Shown here piece by piece: positions 25,817-36,792 of a stretch of 64,000 bases of DNA. Source of the stretch: Octopus sinensis (lineage: Eukaryota); assembly GCF_006345805.1 (NCBI RefSeq), contig NC_042998.1:205406001-205470000 (forward strand). Reading direction: 5' to 3'. The position numbers and the translations under genes were made by a program. The notes beneath the pieces were generated by a model, which saw nothing but the letters and a program-made list of their open reading frames with translations, did no database searches and was not told the origin of the DNA. The stretch's first letter is position 1. Every line of letters starts with the position of its first letter.

Positions 25817-26472
25817 GTATGGATGTATGTATGTATGTGTGTGTGTGGGTGTTGTGTGTGTGTGTGGGTGTTGTGTGTTGTGTGTGCGTGCGTGCGTGCA
25901 TGAAGCATGTATGTATACATATACTTTTACGCTTTGAAATGCGAACGAGAAGACGAATGGGGACCAGAACTAGAGGTGATGCAGGCAAAAGAGTTTTTGC
26001 TTGAATTCGATGATCTTCCCCAACTCCGAGTTTCTCGTGGTAACACTGGTGGAAAAAAACAACAGCATTTCAGGAAGCTGATACCCCTGGTTACCTAGTT
26101 GTGAGAATCGGGGCAATTTGCGAATATCCCTCACTGGTACTCTGGTTTTAGTCCGGACACATAAAGACAGCTGTTTATTGAGAGTAGATCTGATAACCTG
26201 CTACAAAATGTATTTCGAGGATTTCACAAATGCCGTCACCGTTTGTCTCTGAGATGACGACGCTCGACACATTTGCAATTTCTAATTACAAGATATCGAT
26301 TGAAAACAAAAACAAGACATAAACTCTAACACGTTTTCTTCGCAAATTAATTCTGCCACAGAATACAAATTAGACATTGTACAAGGAATGTATAATGACA
26401 ACGTCTGAGGGTATTGTACATGCGTATATGTATATATGTATGTGTAGGCATACATATGTGTGCGTGCGTGCA

Positions 26473-26518
<46 letters not shown>

Positions 26519-26570
26519 CATATACATAAATGTGATGAAAAATATAGAAGAGAAACGGAGAGCTTCCTAC

Positions 26571-26945
26571 CTCGACCACTCTGGTTATGTTTGGTTCATC
26601 TTCAGTGTTGTATCCAATTTGGAAATCTAAAGTGTAAGTTCCAACAATGGTAAAAGCAGGAACTTCACAAGACGCCACCACGGTGCCGTGACCGTCTGCT
26701 GATGTGCTGCCGCTCGATAAGATCGACTCCTTGCTGAACGGACTGGTGGAGAGTGTGGGGCTACCGTTGACAAAACTCCGGTGACCAGTGCCGTTGGATG
26801 TGGGCGCTAGTCCGGTTTTGACAGGGGCAAAGGAAGAAGGCGGGGGCGATAGTTTTGGTGACACCAGCATGTTCACGAATGAAGGTGGGGTCGCTTCCCT
26901 GGATGGCAGCTGGTCGGAGAATAGGGCCGTTTTAGGACTGGACAT
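26571..26945 (-). CDS. PRDM13: Prdm13 first coding exon (Ser/Pro-rich N-terminus plus start of PR domain); start codon tentative
   Basis: SCEVPAFTIVGTYTLDFQ aligns with human DCCIPAGLRLGPVPGTFKL as recalled; donor GAG|gtagga at 26570 is phase 0 and joins exon 2; total CDS 1854 nt = 617 aa plus stop. Confidence 0.85.
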
Positions 26946-27878
26946 TTCTTTGAGTGTGTATGAATTTCGAAATGCTCCTTCTGGTTGTTGCTTTGGAATT
27001 TCGTCCGTGTCTGCGAGCGTGGAGAATCTGTCTTTGTAAATAGCATTAACAATAGCACTGTCTTACCGAATTGCGGTCGTTGTTAACGGGACGGGTTCCA
27101 CAGGAAATTCGCAACAGGGTATCACCAACAAGAGCATCAGCAACAATAACAACAACGACGATAAGACGATGTCCTGCGAACGAGGATGGCGATGGTTGCG
27201 GCGGTGGCGGTGCGGTGGTTGACCGTCACATCCAGTGATGGTCACCAGACGTTCGGAATGAAGATGACCACGACGACGACGACGACGATGATGATGATGA
27301 TGATAATGATGACGATGATGATGATGATGACGATGATGATGACGTTGACGTGGTGGTGGTGGTGGTGGTGGTGGTGGTGATCCCAGCTAGAAAAGTTTGT
27401 AACAACCTCAAATTGGTCGGAACTGGTATAAAATGAAAGAATCCCAAGAGAGAGTGGCACCAACAAGTGAGGCGGTGGCGTTGGGTTGGTGGTGCAGACC
27501 GGCCCCACGTTGGTGTTGTTGTCAAGTTGCAATCTCGACAACTGACAGTTCTGCTGATCTCGCTGGTGCTTTTCAAGGAGACCGAACACCTCTCCACTTC
27601 CGTGTCGGGTGGTGGTGGTGGTGGTGGTGGGGCGCGGGGGTGGGAGGAGAGAGAGAGAGGCGGCGGCGGTCGATGTGAGAGAAATTCTACGGTGACACAG
27701 ATGTTTCAAGGTAAAACTGACAGGCTTCTAACAAAAGCGCCCTCTTTTTTACCACCACAGCCGCCGCCGCCTCCGCCACCACCATCACCACCACCGCCAC
27801 CACCGCCACCACCGCCACCACCATTACCACCAACAGCAACTCCTGAAGTAAATAAATGAATAAACAATAGCAACAATA

Positions 27879-27926
<48 letters not shown>

Positions 27927-28210
27927 GTGGTGGTGGTGGGGGGGATGCGGTGGTGATTAACACCAAATAAACTCGAAATATATACAAACAAATAAAATAA
28001 AACTTGACAATGAGTGTGTTGCCTGCTGCTACAGCCTGGTCTTGGTGTGTGTGCGTGTGTGTGTGTGTGTGTGAGTGTGCGTGCGAGTGTGTGTGCGTGT
28101 GTGAGTGAGTGTGTGTGCGTGATGCCGTTGTCGGTTAATGAGCGGGTGCGCTTCTGTTGTATTTCCGTACGGGTAGCTTGTGGTAGGAGGAGGTAGTGTG
28201 TGTGTGTGTG

Positions 28211-28226
28211 TATGGTGGAGGCTCAT

Positions 28227-28261
<35 letters not shown>

Positions 28262-28315
28262 GTGGGGGCTCATACGTGTGTGGTGTGTGTGTGTGTGTGT
28301 ATGGTGGAGGCTCAT

Positions 28316-28364
<49 letters not shown>

Positions 28365-28378
28365 GTGGAGGCTCATAC
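28211..28378. repeat. Compound minisatellite: 4 x TATGGTGGRGGCTCATAC separated by (TG)n
   Basis: Cores at 28211, 28258, 28300, 28361. Confidence 0.9.
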
Positions 28379-28574
28379 GTGTGTGTTGTGTGTGTGTGTG
28401 TAGTATAATTACGCTTATATGCACACAAAAAGCATTCTTTAAACCGTGTGTACTGATATACACACACACACACACACATACACAAACATACACAACACCC
28501 ACATGCACATACATACATACAATCACACACACAGACACTCACACACATGCAAACACATACACACACACACACAC

Positions 28575-28777
28575 ATCTTTTATCTTTTACTTGTTTCAGC
28601 CATGAGGCTGCGGCCATGCTGGGGCACCGCCTTGAAGAATTTTTAGTCGAATGAATCGACGCTAGTATTTTAAAGCCTGGTACTTAGTATATCGCTCTCT
28701 TGTCGAACTGGTAAGTTTCGGGACGTAAACACACCAACACCGGTTGGCAAGCAGTAGCGGGGGACAAACAGACACAA

Positions 28778-28818
<41 letters not shown>

Positions 28819-29095
28819 GTACGTATATATATTTATATATGCATGTATATATACATGTAGATGTCGGTACGTACATACATGTTTGTATGTATGCATATAT
28901 TTTATTTATTACACTATATATATATATATATAAAGACACACACAACGAGCTTCTTCCAGTTCCCATCTACCAAATCCACTCAAAGCTTCAGTCGGCCACG
29001 AGGTTATAGTAGAAGATATTTGCCTAAGGTGCCGTACAGCGAGATTGAACCCAGAACCGTGTGGTTGGGATGCAAGCTTCTTACAACACAGTCAC
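28575..29095 (-). mobile_element. Bipartite tRNA-derived SINE
   Basis: Reverse complement of both SINE modules with a (TA)n-rich centre. Confidence 0.8.
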
Positions 29096-29409
29096 GGCTG
29101 CGCTTTGATGTACATACATCTACGTATGTATGTATGTATGCATGCATGTATGCATGTATGTATTTATGCATGTATGCACGTATGTATCCATGTATGTATG
29201 TATGTATGCATGTATGTATGCATGTATGCGTGTATGTGTGTATGTATGTATGTATGTATGTATGTATGTATGTATGTATGCGTGTATGTGTGTATGTATG
29301 CATGTATGCATGTATGCGTGTATGTGTGTATGTATGTATGTATGTATGCATGTATGTCTGTATGCATGTATGTATGCATGTATGCATGTATGTATCCATA
29401 TTCACATAG

Positions 29410-32400
29410 ACATGTGTGTTTGCGGGTATTATTGCTACCAAGGACAAGTTGACAGTGACTTCGAATTTCAGCCTGGTCACCTTTCACTACGAGGCAAAAG
29501 CGACCCTCTCATAAAAACTACTTCACTGCTACTTCTGAATAACATAACAAATAAGAGTAAGCACTTCGAACCGTGCAAACATCAAACCACCTTTGCCGCA
29601 ACATTCCTGCTAAATGTACGTGGCATCAACCCATCACTCACAACCCCAAAATGGAAGATCCCATACATAGAGAGTTGGCTTGCCGAAACAGCACACTGCA
29701 TCCCTTTCTTTATCCTTACTGAAACTCACTTAAACAGCATTCATATGGATACCGAGGTGAAAATAAAAGATTTCCCCATCGTCCGTGCAGATCGCACAGA
29801 CCGAAATAAAGGAGGAACAGCCATCTTTCTCCATGACTCCTTTTCAGTTGATGCCAAGGACATATTTTCCAATGGCTACTGTGAATCGGTATCACTATTC
29901 AACAAAGCTAAAGACATAATCATTGTTGGTCTTTACAGGCCTCCCCAAGCACCCCTAAAGTGCTTTGAAGAGTGCCTCAACAAAATCAAGTCCTTCCTTC
30001 AAAAATACAACTTCGGAAACATACTAGTGATGGGTGATTTTAACCTCCCTCATATAAACTGGCCCACAAATACTCTGAAGTTAGGCAAATGCTCTCTATC
30101 AGACAAATCAGCAGCAGAATTCCTCTTTAATCTAATGAATGAACTTTTCCTGATACAACTAGTGTTCGAACCAACAAGACAGAATAAAACGATCTTGGAT
30201 TTAATATCAACCAATCACTCTAGCTTCATTCACAGTATTTCAGTTGAAAACAACTCTCTTTTCAGACCACGACATGATACTCTGCAACTTTAATTCCCGG
30301 CATATCAAAACCAAACCAGCCAATCCCACTCCACGGCACTCATTTGACAACATAAACTGCCACAAAGCGGACTGGCGGGGGGCAATCAGAAAGGATCTGT
30401 CCTTCATCGACTGGTCTTTCACTCTCAGTTCCACTGACATTGAAACCACATAGCAGCACTTTGAGGACATTCTCACCTATTCATGCTCAAAACACGTTCC
30501 TACGAAATCTGCAAACGCGAACAGAAACCGGCTCCCTAAAAAGAAAAAAAACACACTCATCAGTCGCATCAAAAGACTCGATAAAAAAATCAACCAATTA
30601 AAATACTCCCACATACAGCATTCACATTCAACAACAATGAAAAGGCTGGAGTTGGAAAAAACTTCATCTGCAGACCATCATGAGCTGCTAAGGAATCAAA
30701 AATAAAAAGTCAAGCAGAACCCAAAAGTGTTCTATTCCTATGCAAATTAGCATAGAACCGCTGCCTTACCCATTGGTCCGTTGATCGATGATAATGGCAT
30801 TCCCCAACACGATGCTAAAGAAATGGCAGAAATACTGCAGAAACGATACTGCTGTGTCTTTAGTGATCCCACGGATATTGACGTAAGAGAAGCGAACGAA
30901 GTTGACTCCCAACATAAAATGTTGGACATAACCTTCACTGCCTCAGACTTCATAGCAGCAATTAATGAGGTCAAATACTATTCTGCTGTAGGCCCTGGTA
31001 GATTCCCCGCTAGTCTCCGGAAGGAAGGTAGACACCAACTTGCAGTTCCTCAGACCAACCTCTGGAGAAATTCGCTAGATTCAGATTATATACCGAAACA
31101 GCTCTTATTCCAGTCTGTCATCTCGGTTTTCAAACAGGGAAACAGATCCCTCGCAGTCAACTATCATCCAATCTCACTCACCTCCCACATCATTAAAGTG
31201 TTTGAAAGGGTGATGAGATAACAGATAGCTGACTTCCTGGAGACCCACAAACTCTTAAATTCAAACCAGCATGGCTTTCGCTGCGGCAGGGACTGTCTAA
31301 CATAGCTCTTACACCACATCGATCATATCCTTAAAGCCTTGGGAACAGGTTTGAACTCTGATGTCATATATCTTGACTTCAGTAAAGCGTTCAACAGAGT
31401 TGACCATAATATCTTACTCTCAAAATTGGTAAATGTTGGAATCCGCGGAAAACTACTACACTGGATATAGTATTTATTGGAGAACAGAACACAACATGTT
31501 GTGATCGATAGAATCCACTCAAGCCCAGCAAAAGTCACCAGTGGTGTCCCTCAGGGGACTGTCTTGGGCCCACTGCTCTTTATAATTTACATAAATGACC
31601 TTTCCAGTGTCGTACATCACTGCAAAGTGAAAATATTTGCTGATGACTCTAAGCTCCAGAAAATTATCAATGAAGAAGCAGACCGAACTCAACTCTATTC
31701 TGATCAATATGCTGTGAGTCAATGGGCAGACAGAAACAAAATGCAACTGAACGAGGGAAAATTTGAGCTGATGCATTTTGGAAGAAAGTCTATGCTAAAA
31801 CAACCATACTCTCTTCCTTCAGGGGAACCACTCACAACATCTAATGATATCAGAGATCTAGCAGTAATTGTTGGTAACAATTTCAGCTGGAACGTCCACG
31901 TCAACAATAAGGTCGATATCGCTTGTAGGATGAGTTCTTGGATCCTAAGAACCTTCCGGTTCAGAGAACAAGGTGTCATCATTTCTCTTTTCTCCTCCAT
32001 TGTATGGCCTCACCTCGAATATTACTTCCCCCTCTGGTCTCCTCATACAAAACAAAACATCTCGAAAATTGAATTACCCCAGAGGTCATTCACTAAAAGA
32101 ATTAAGGGCATGACTGATCTCGATTTTTGGGACCCCCTTAAAGCATTGAAACTCTATTCTCTCCAGTGCTGCCCTGAGCGAAACATCATTTGCACTATGT
32201 GGAGAATCTACCACCAGCAATGCCCAAACGACCTCAACATTATCTTCAAAATTCATCCAAGGCTGGGACCACGGCCATACGTTCCCTACCCGATTCAGGA
32301 TCACAACACCTAATACACTGCAACACGATTTCTTTTCCTCAACAGGCCCTGTCCTATTTAATATTGTGCCGAAACAGATCAAAGAGGAAAAGGATCCCAT

Positions 32401-32580
32401 CACCTTTAAACGGAAAATGGGCAAATTTCTTCAAGGAACACCAGACAAGCCACCCATACCTGGATACAACTCACTCAACAGGAACTCCCTACTCGAATGG
32501 GCCATGATACCACAAACATTGATATTAAAAAGGATTTAGCTAATCCTATCAGGTGGTGCTATTAAGTTAGACATTGACTT
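29410..32580 (+). mobile_element. CR1/L2-group LINE ORF2 (APE endonuclease plus RT), frameshifted pseudogene
   Basis: FLLNVRGI, ILTETHL, GLYRPP, VMGDFNLPHINW (APE); YHPISLTSHIIKVFE, SGVPQGTVLGPLLFIIYIND, IFADDSK (RT). Confidence 0.9.
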
Positions 32581-32838
32581 TGGTCGAGACGCGTTCTGAG
32601 TTCAAATTCCGTCGAGGTCGACTTTGCCTTTCATCCTTTCGAGGTCGATAAATTAAGTACCAGTTACGCACTGGGGTCGATGTAATCGACTTAATCCCTT
32701 TGTCTGTCCTTGTTTGTCTCCTCTGTGTTTAGCCCCTTGTGGGTAGTAAAGAAATATATATATATATATATAAAATTAAAAAATTAAAAAATTAAAAAAT
32801 ATAGTTTATAGTATTGAACGATGATAAAGTGATATAAG

Positions 32839-32933
32839 GGCCTGATGATTGGGGTTACATTTTAAGAAGGGTTCCAGCAAAACACGGAGTGGTTTAGGAA
32901 CCGGGAAATGTACCTCATGAAACACGTGTAGCC
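32839..32933 (+). ncRNA. Type-I hammerhead ribozyme fold, canonical core, long stem II
   Basis: GGC-CTGATGA(32842-48)-stem II TGGGG.TACA/TGTACCTCA-GAAA(32919-22)-palindromic ACACGTGT-A|GCC; cleavage predicted at 32930/32931. Confidence 0.7.
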
Positions 32934-33084
32934 AAGTTATAAAATAGTAGGTATTTAAAATAAAAATTCTTTTATAAGGTGGGATTGAGGGGCCTACTAT
33001 CTCTAAATGAAAATATATATTTCCTCATTGAGAATAATTTGAACTCCTGTTATGGCGGAATTTTTATTCCCTAACAAATAAAAT

Positions 33085-33131
<47 letters not shown>

Positions 33132-33279
33132 TGTGTGTGTGTGTGTGTGTATACGACGCTCTCCCCTCAGTTTCCGTCTACCCAATCAACTCACAAGGCT
33201 CCGGTCTGCCCGAGGCTACTAGAAGACATTTGCCCAAATTTCCACACAGTGGAACTGAAACTCAGAACCGTGTAGTTAG

Positions 33280-33337
<58 letters not shown>

Positions 33338-33340
33338 TAT

Positions 33341-33649
33341 ATAATACAGTGTACATTTAAACACATTAAGACGCATCCCTCATAGGACTCCCCTACGCTA
33401 GAAGGAACAGCTAAAGTCCAAACCACTAATTAGGGATAAAATCTCGAAGGGAATGAAAAATAAAAACATTTACCATCTATTTCTGAAGTCTGAAACCATA
33501 GTCCAGGAAATAGATGGTAAATGTTTTTATTTTTCATTCCCTTCGAGATTTTATCCCTAATTAGTGGTTTGGACTTTAGCTGTTCCTTCTAGCGTAGGGG
33601 AGTCCTATGAGGGATGCGTCTTAATGTGTTTAAATGTACACTGTATTAT
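33341..33649. repeat. Perfect 143-bp inverted repeat with 23-nt spacer
   Basis: 33341-33483 is the exact reverse complement of 33507-33649 (read base by base). Confidence 0.97.
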
Positions 33650-33749
33650 GTATGAATAATATATAGTCTATTTTTCTACACGCTAGGCCACTGGTAGTAA
33701 AAAATTTCTAAAATCTTTATTACCCCGATATTATTAATTATATATATAT

Positions 33750-34113
33750 CGTGGCACTCCGTCGGTTACGACGACGAGGGTTCCAGTTGATCCGATCAAC
33801 GGAACAGCCTGCTCGTGAAATTAACGTGCAAGTGGTTGAGCACTCCCCAGGCACGTGTGCTCTTAGCGTAGTTCTCGGTGAGATTCAGCGTGACACAGAG
33901 TGTGACAAGGCTGGCCCTTTGAAATACAGGTACAACAGAAACAGGATGAGAGGGTGAGAGAAACTTGTGGTGAAAAAGTACAGCAGGGTTCGCCATCACC
34001 CCCCACCCCTGCCGGAGCCTCGTGGAGCTTTAGGTGTTTTCACTCAATTAACACTCACAACGCCCGGTCCAGGAATCGAAACCGCAATCCTACGACCGCG
34101 TGTTCGCTGTCCT
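33750..34113 (-). mobile_element. tRNA-headed SINE (third family)
   Basis: Minus-strand head TTAGGACAGC...GGTTTCGATTCCTGGACCGGGC; body matches 9200-9350. Confidence 0.8.
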
Positions 34114-34125
34114 AAAATATATATA

Positions 34126-34677
34126 CGAGCAAAACGCCCACCCATCCCCGTGCAATAGACGGTGCTGAATCATATCTGCTGAATAAAAAGCAATCAGTGT
34201 TTTTTTTTCATTAAAAAATAATTAAGCATGCCTTTATAAACATTTTTGGTTTTGTTAAACGAAGTTATGGCAAAAAAACTTCTTGAGAAACCAAATAGTC
34301 TTTCCTTCCTTCATGCCAAGTTTGAAGAAAATATCTCTTTTGCATCTTACTTTTTTGGTCTCTTAAATATACTGCATTTTGTGGCATTATTTCAAGCCAG
34401 CCGGCTTTTTTTGCGCAAACTGCACGTGCATTTTTCTCGCGTACGCGTAGTATCGATCGCAACAGTTGATGTACTTGCGCGTACAAATGCACGTTCCCAC
34501 GGCTTCATCGATCACATTCTCACCTGGAATCGATTTTTGTAATTTTTTCAAGACTTATACACGCCCTGATACCGTCGGTGTCTACATATCAAATTTGAGC
34601 GCAATCGGATGGAGGATACCCGAGATCCTAAAAGACACACACACAGACAGACAGAACGGATTTTATATATTATATAT
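34126..34677 (-). mobile_element. Non-autonomous Helitron-like element
   Basis: Minus strand begins TATATAATATATAAAA plus (TCTG)n(TG)n; ends with hairpin CCGTCTATTGCACGG and CTCG|T. Confidence 0.6.
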
Positions 34678-34858
34678 GGTGGTTGTCTATTCCTTATGCA
34701 GAGTTTGACCACCTCTTATTGTACTTACACCTTATTGTACTTACATCATGGCATCTGATGTGGGTTTTTAAACCAGACATTGCATTGAAAAGACACCCAC
34801 ATAGATTGCATAGGATTTAGACCACCAAGTGCTGCAGTTAAGTTCTGATTTTTGTGGA

Positions 34859-34911
<53 letters not shown>

Positions 34912-34915
34912 TATA

Positions 34916-35064
34916 CTTTATTAAAAAGCAGAAAAAATATCACAAAAACTGTTAACTCAGAGATTTTTATGTTTCCGTTCGTCGAAACAAAACTGTCCGA
35001 CGAACGGGAACGTGAAACTCTGAGTAACAGTTTTTGTGATATTTAATGTTGCTTTTTAATAAAG
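34916..35064. repeat. Imperfect inverted repeat of a PLE-LTR-like unit
   Basis: 34916-34984 versus 34998-35064; each arm carries a hammerhead-like motif. Confidence 0.85.
34989..35035 (+). ncRNA. Hammerhead fold, U4C core variant (CCGACGA)
   Basis: AAAACTGT-CCGACGA-ACG GGAA CGT-GAAA-CTC T GAG-TA|ACAGTTTT; 8-bp stem I, GNRA-capped stem II. Confidence 0.7.
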
Positions 35065-35137
35065 CATATTACTCTACCTCTGGTATTCGAGTACTATTTT
35101 TTCACCTTGTTTCGCATTTATGTCCTTACTCAGAGTA

Positions 35138-35173
<36 letters not shown>

Positions 35174-35197
35174 TGTATGTATGTATGTATGTATGTA

Positions 35198-35236
<39 letters not shown>

Positions 35237-35296
35237 CCGCATGTGTGTCGATGGCGATTTGCTTTCTCCGTCTTCCCTTCTTTGGACTTTTCCTGT

Positions 35297-35331
35297 ATTT
35301 CTGATGAAGAGTTCCGCTCGAAACGTGAAAT
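35297..35331 (+). ncRNA. Degenerate hammerhead fold (cleavage triplet GUG)
   Basis: ATTT-CTGATGA-A-GAG TTCCG CTC-GAAA-CGT-G-AAAT. Confidence 0.5.
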
Positions 35332-35483
35332 CCTCATTCCTTTCTTTCCTTTCCTGAGCGTCCAATAACACTGTACTTATTCCACGTCCTCGTGTTGTCG
35401 TTTCTTCTTGCTTGTTCATGTTTGGATTTACTATATATATGTATATGTATGCTTTATTTAAAGCAGCAGAAAATCCTACAAAA

Positions 35484-35523
35484 CCTGTTACTCTGAGTTT
35501 CACGTTGCCTTTCATCGGACAGT
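35484..35523 (-). ncRNA. Hammerhead fold, U4C core variant (CCGATGA)
   Basis: ACTGT-CCGATGA-AAG GCAA CGT-GAAA-CTC A GAG-TA|ACAG on the minus strand. Confidence 0.6.
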
Positions 35524-35654
35524 TTTTGCTAGAATAGAACCGATATGTCAATTCTATCCAGACTAGTATAAACGCTACACCTTTAAAAAGGTGTATACAT
35601 ATATACATATGTATATGTATATATACACGCATACATGTGTGTGTGTGTGTGTGT

Positions 35655-35696
<42 letters not shown>

Positions 35697-36018
35697 AAAT
35701 ATATTTTTTTCTTGCTGTATTGCGCGTTTGCTTCTCTTTTTGCCATTTGTGATTTTATTCTCGATCTTCCATATAAATGAAGATATTTCCTCCGTTTCCC
35801 GGCTTTCCTTTCTACAAAACGGAAAGTTACATTGCGGAACAGTCATTCTAACGAGTTGCATTTATTTATCACCCGACGAGATACATCTGCACCACCGGAT
35901 GCTCCTGAACCAGTTGTTGAGTGTCCCACCCGAGAGGGATCGATGCTGGATATCTCGAAACAATTGTCGTGATTAATAATAAATTCTCCTATATTCCATC
36001 TTCCATTTGCTACATATC

Positions 36019-36080
<62 letters not shown>

Positions 36081-36349
36081 ATATATATATGTATATATAT
36101 GTATGTATACATACATATATATATATGTATACATACATTATATATATATATATATATATATATATTGCATCTCTCTATATATGTTGTATATTATATAAAT
36201 ATGTATGTATATATATATATATACATATATATACACATAAAATATATACATACATGCGTACATACACACACATACACACATACATACATATATACATACA
36301 TACATATGCGCATGCATATCTATCTATCTATCTATCTATCTCTCTCTCT

Positions 36350-36408
<59 letters not shown>

Positions 36409-36472
36409 CGGAGATGTACTTGCATAGTGAGTGACTTGATCTGAGATCGTGTGCTGGAACGAAAACAATTGC

Positions 36473-36739
36473 AGCGTGGAAGGTGTTTATAAGCCATTTA
36501 AGAAACACACAAAAACCGTTAGATTCACTTCAACATTTAGATTTAATTTGCCAAAATATTTTCGTCACTTTGAGACCGCGACCTGTTCACTGACAAAGAA
36601 ATGCAGCACGAAGCTTTGTCAGTGAACCGGTCGCGGTCGGAAAGCGACGAAAATATTTTGGCAAATTAAATTTAAATGTTGAAGTGAATCTAACGGTTTT
36701 TGTGTGTTTCTTAAATGGCTTATAAACACCTTCCACGCT
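36473..36739. repeat. 126-bp inverted repeat (5 mismatches, 15-nt spacer) of a PLE-LTR-like unit
   Basis: 36473-36598 versus 36614-36739. Confidence 0.95.
36547..36598 (-). ncRNA. Hammerhead-like fold with G3:C8 flipped core (GTGAACA)
   Basis: TTTGTCA-GTGAACA-G-GTCGC/GTGAC-GAAA-ATAT-TT|TGGCAAA; 7-bp stem I, 5-bp stem II, palindromic AATATT stem III. Confidence 0.6.
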
Positions 36740-36792
36740 TAATTGTATATATAAAATATTATATTATATTATATTATATTATATTATATTAA

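Noticed and set aside
25907-26098. Protein-looking plus-strand ORF (EREDEWGPELEVMQAKEFLLEFDD...)
   Set aside because: Short, starts in a microsatellite, no recognisable domain or splice signals, antisense within an intron
27011-27066. 56-nt GT-AG intron extending the Prdm13 CDS upstream
   Set aside because: The spliced frame hits an in-frame TAA a few codons upstream with no ATG, so it does not extend the CDS by itself
28211-28378. Repeat-spacer array resembling CRISPR
   Set aside because: The spacers are plain (TG)n, the context is eukaryotic, and there are no cas genes
33481-33512. Palindrome spacer as a complete hammerhead
   Set aside because: The core reads CTGAAGT, stem II is absent, and stem I is out of register by 4 nt
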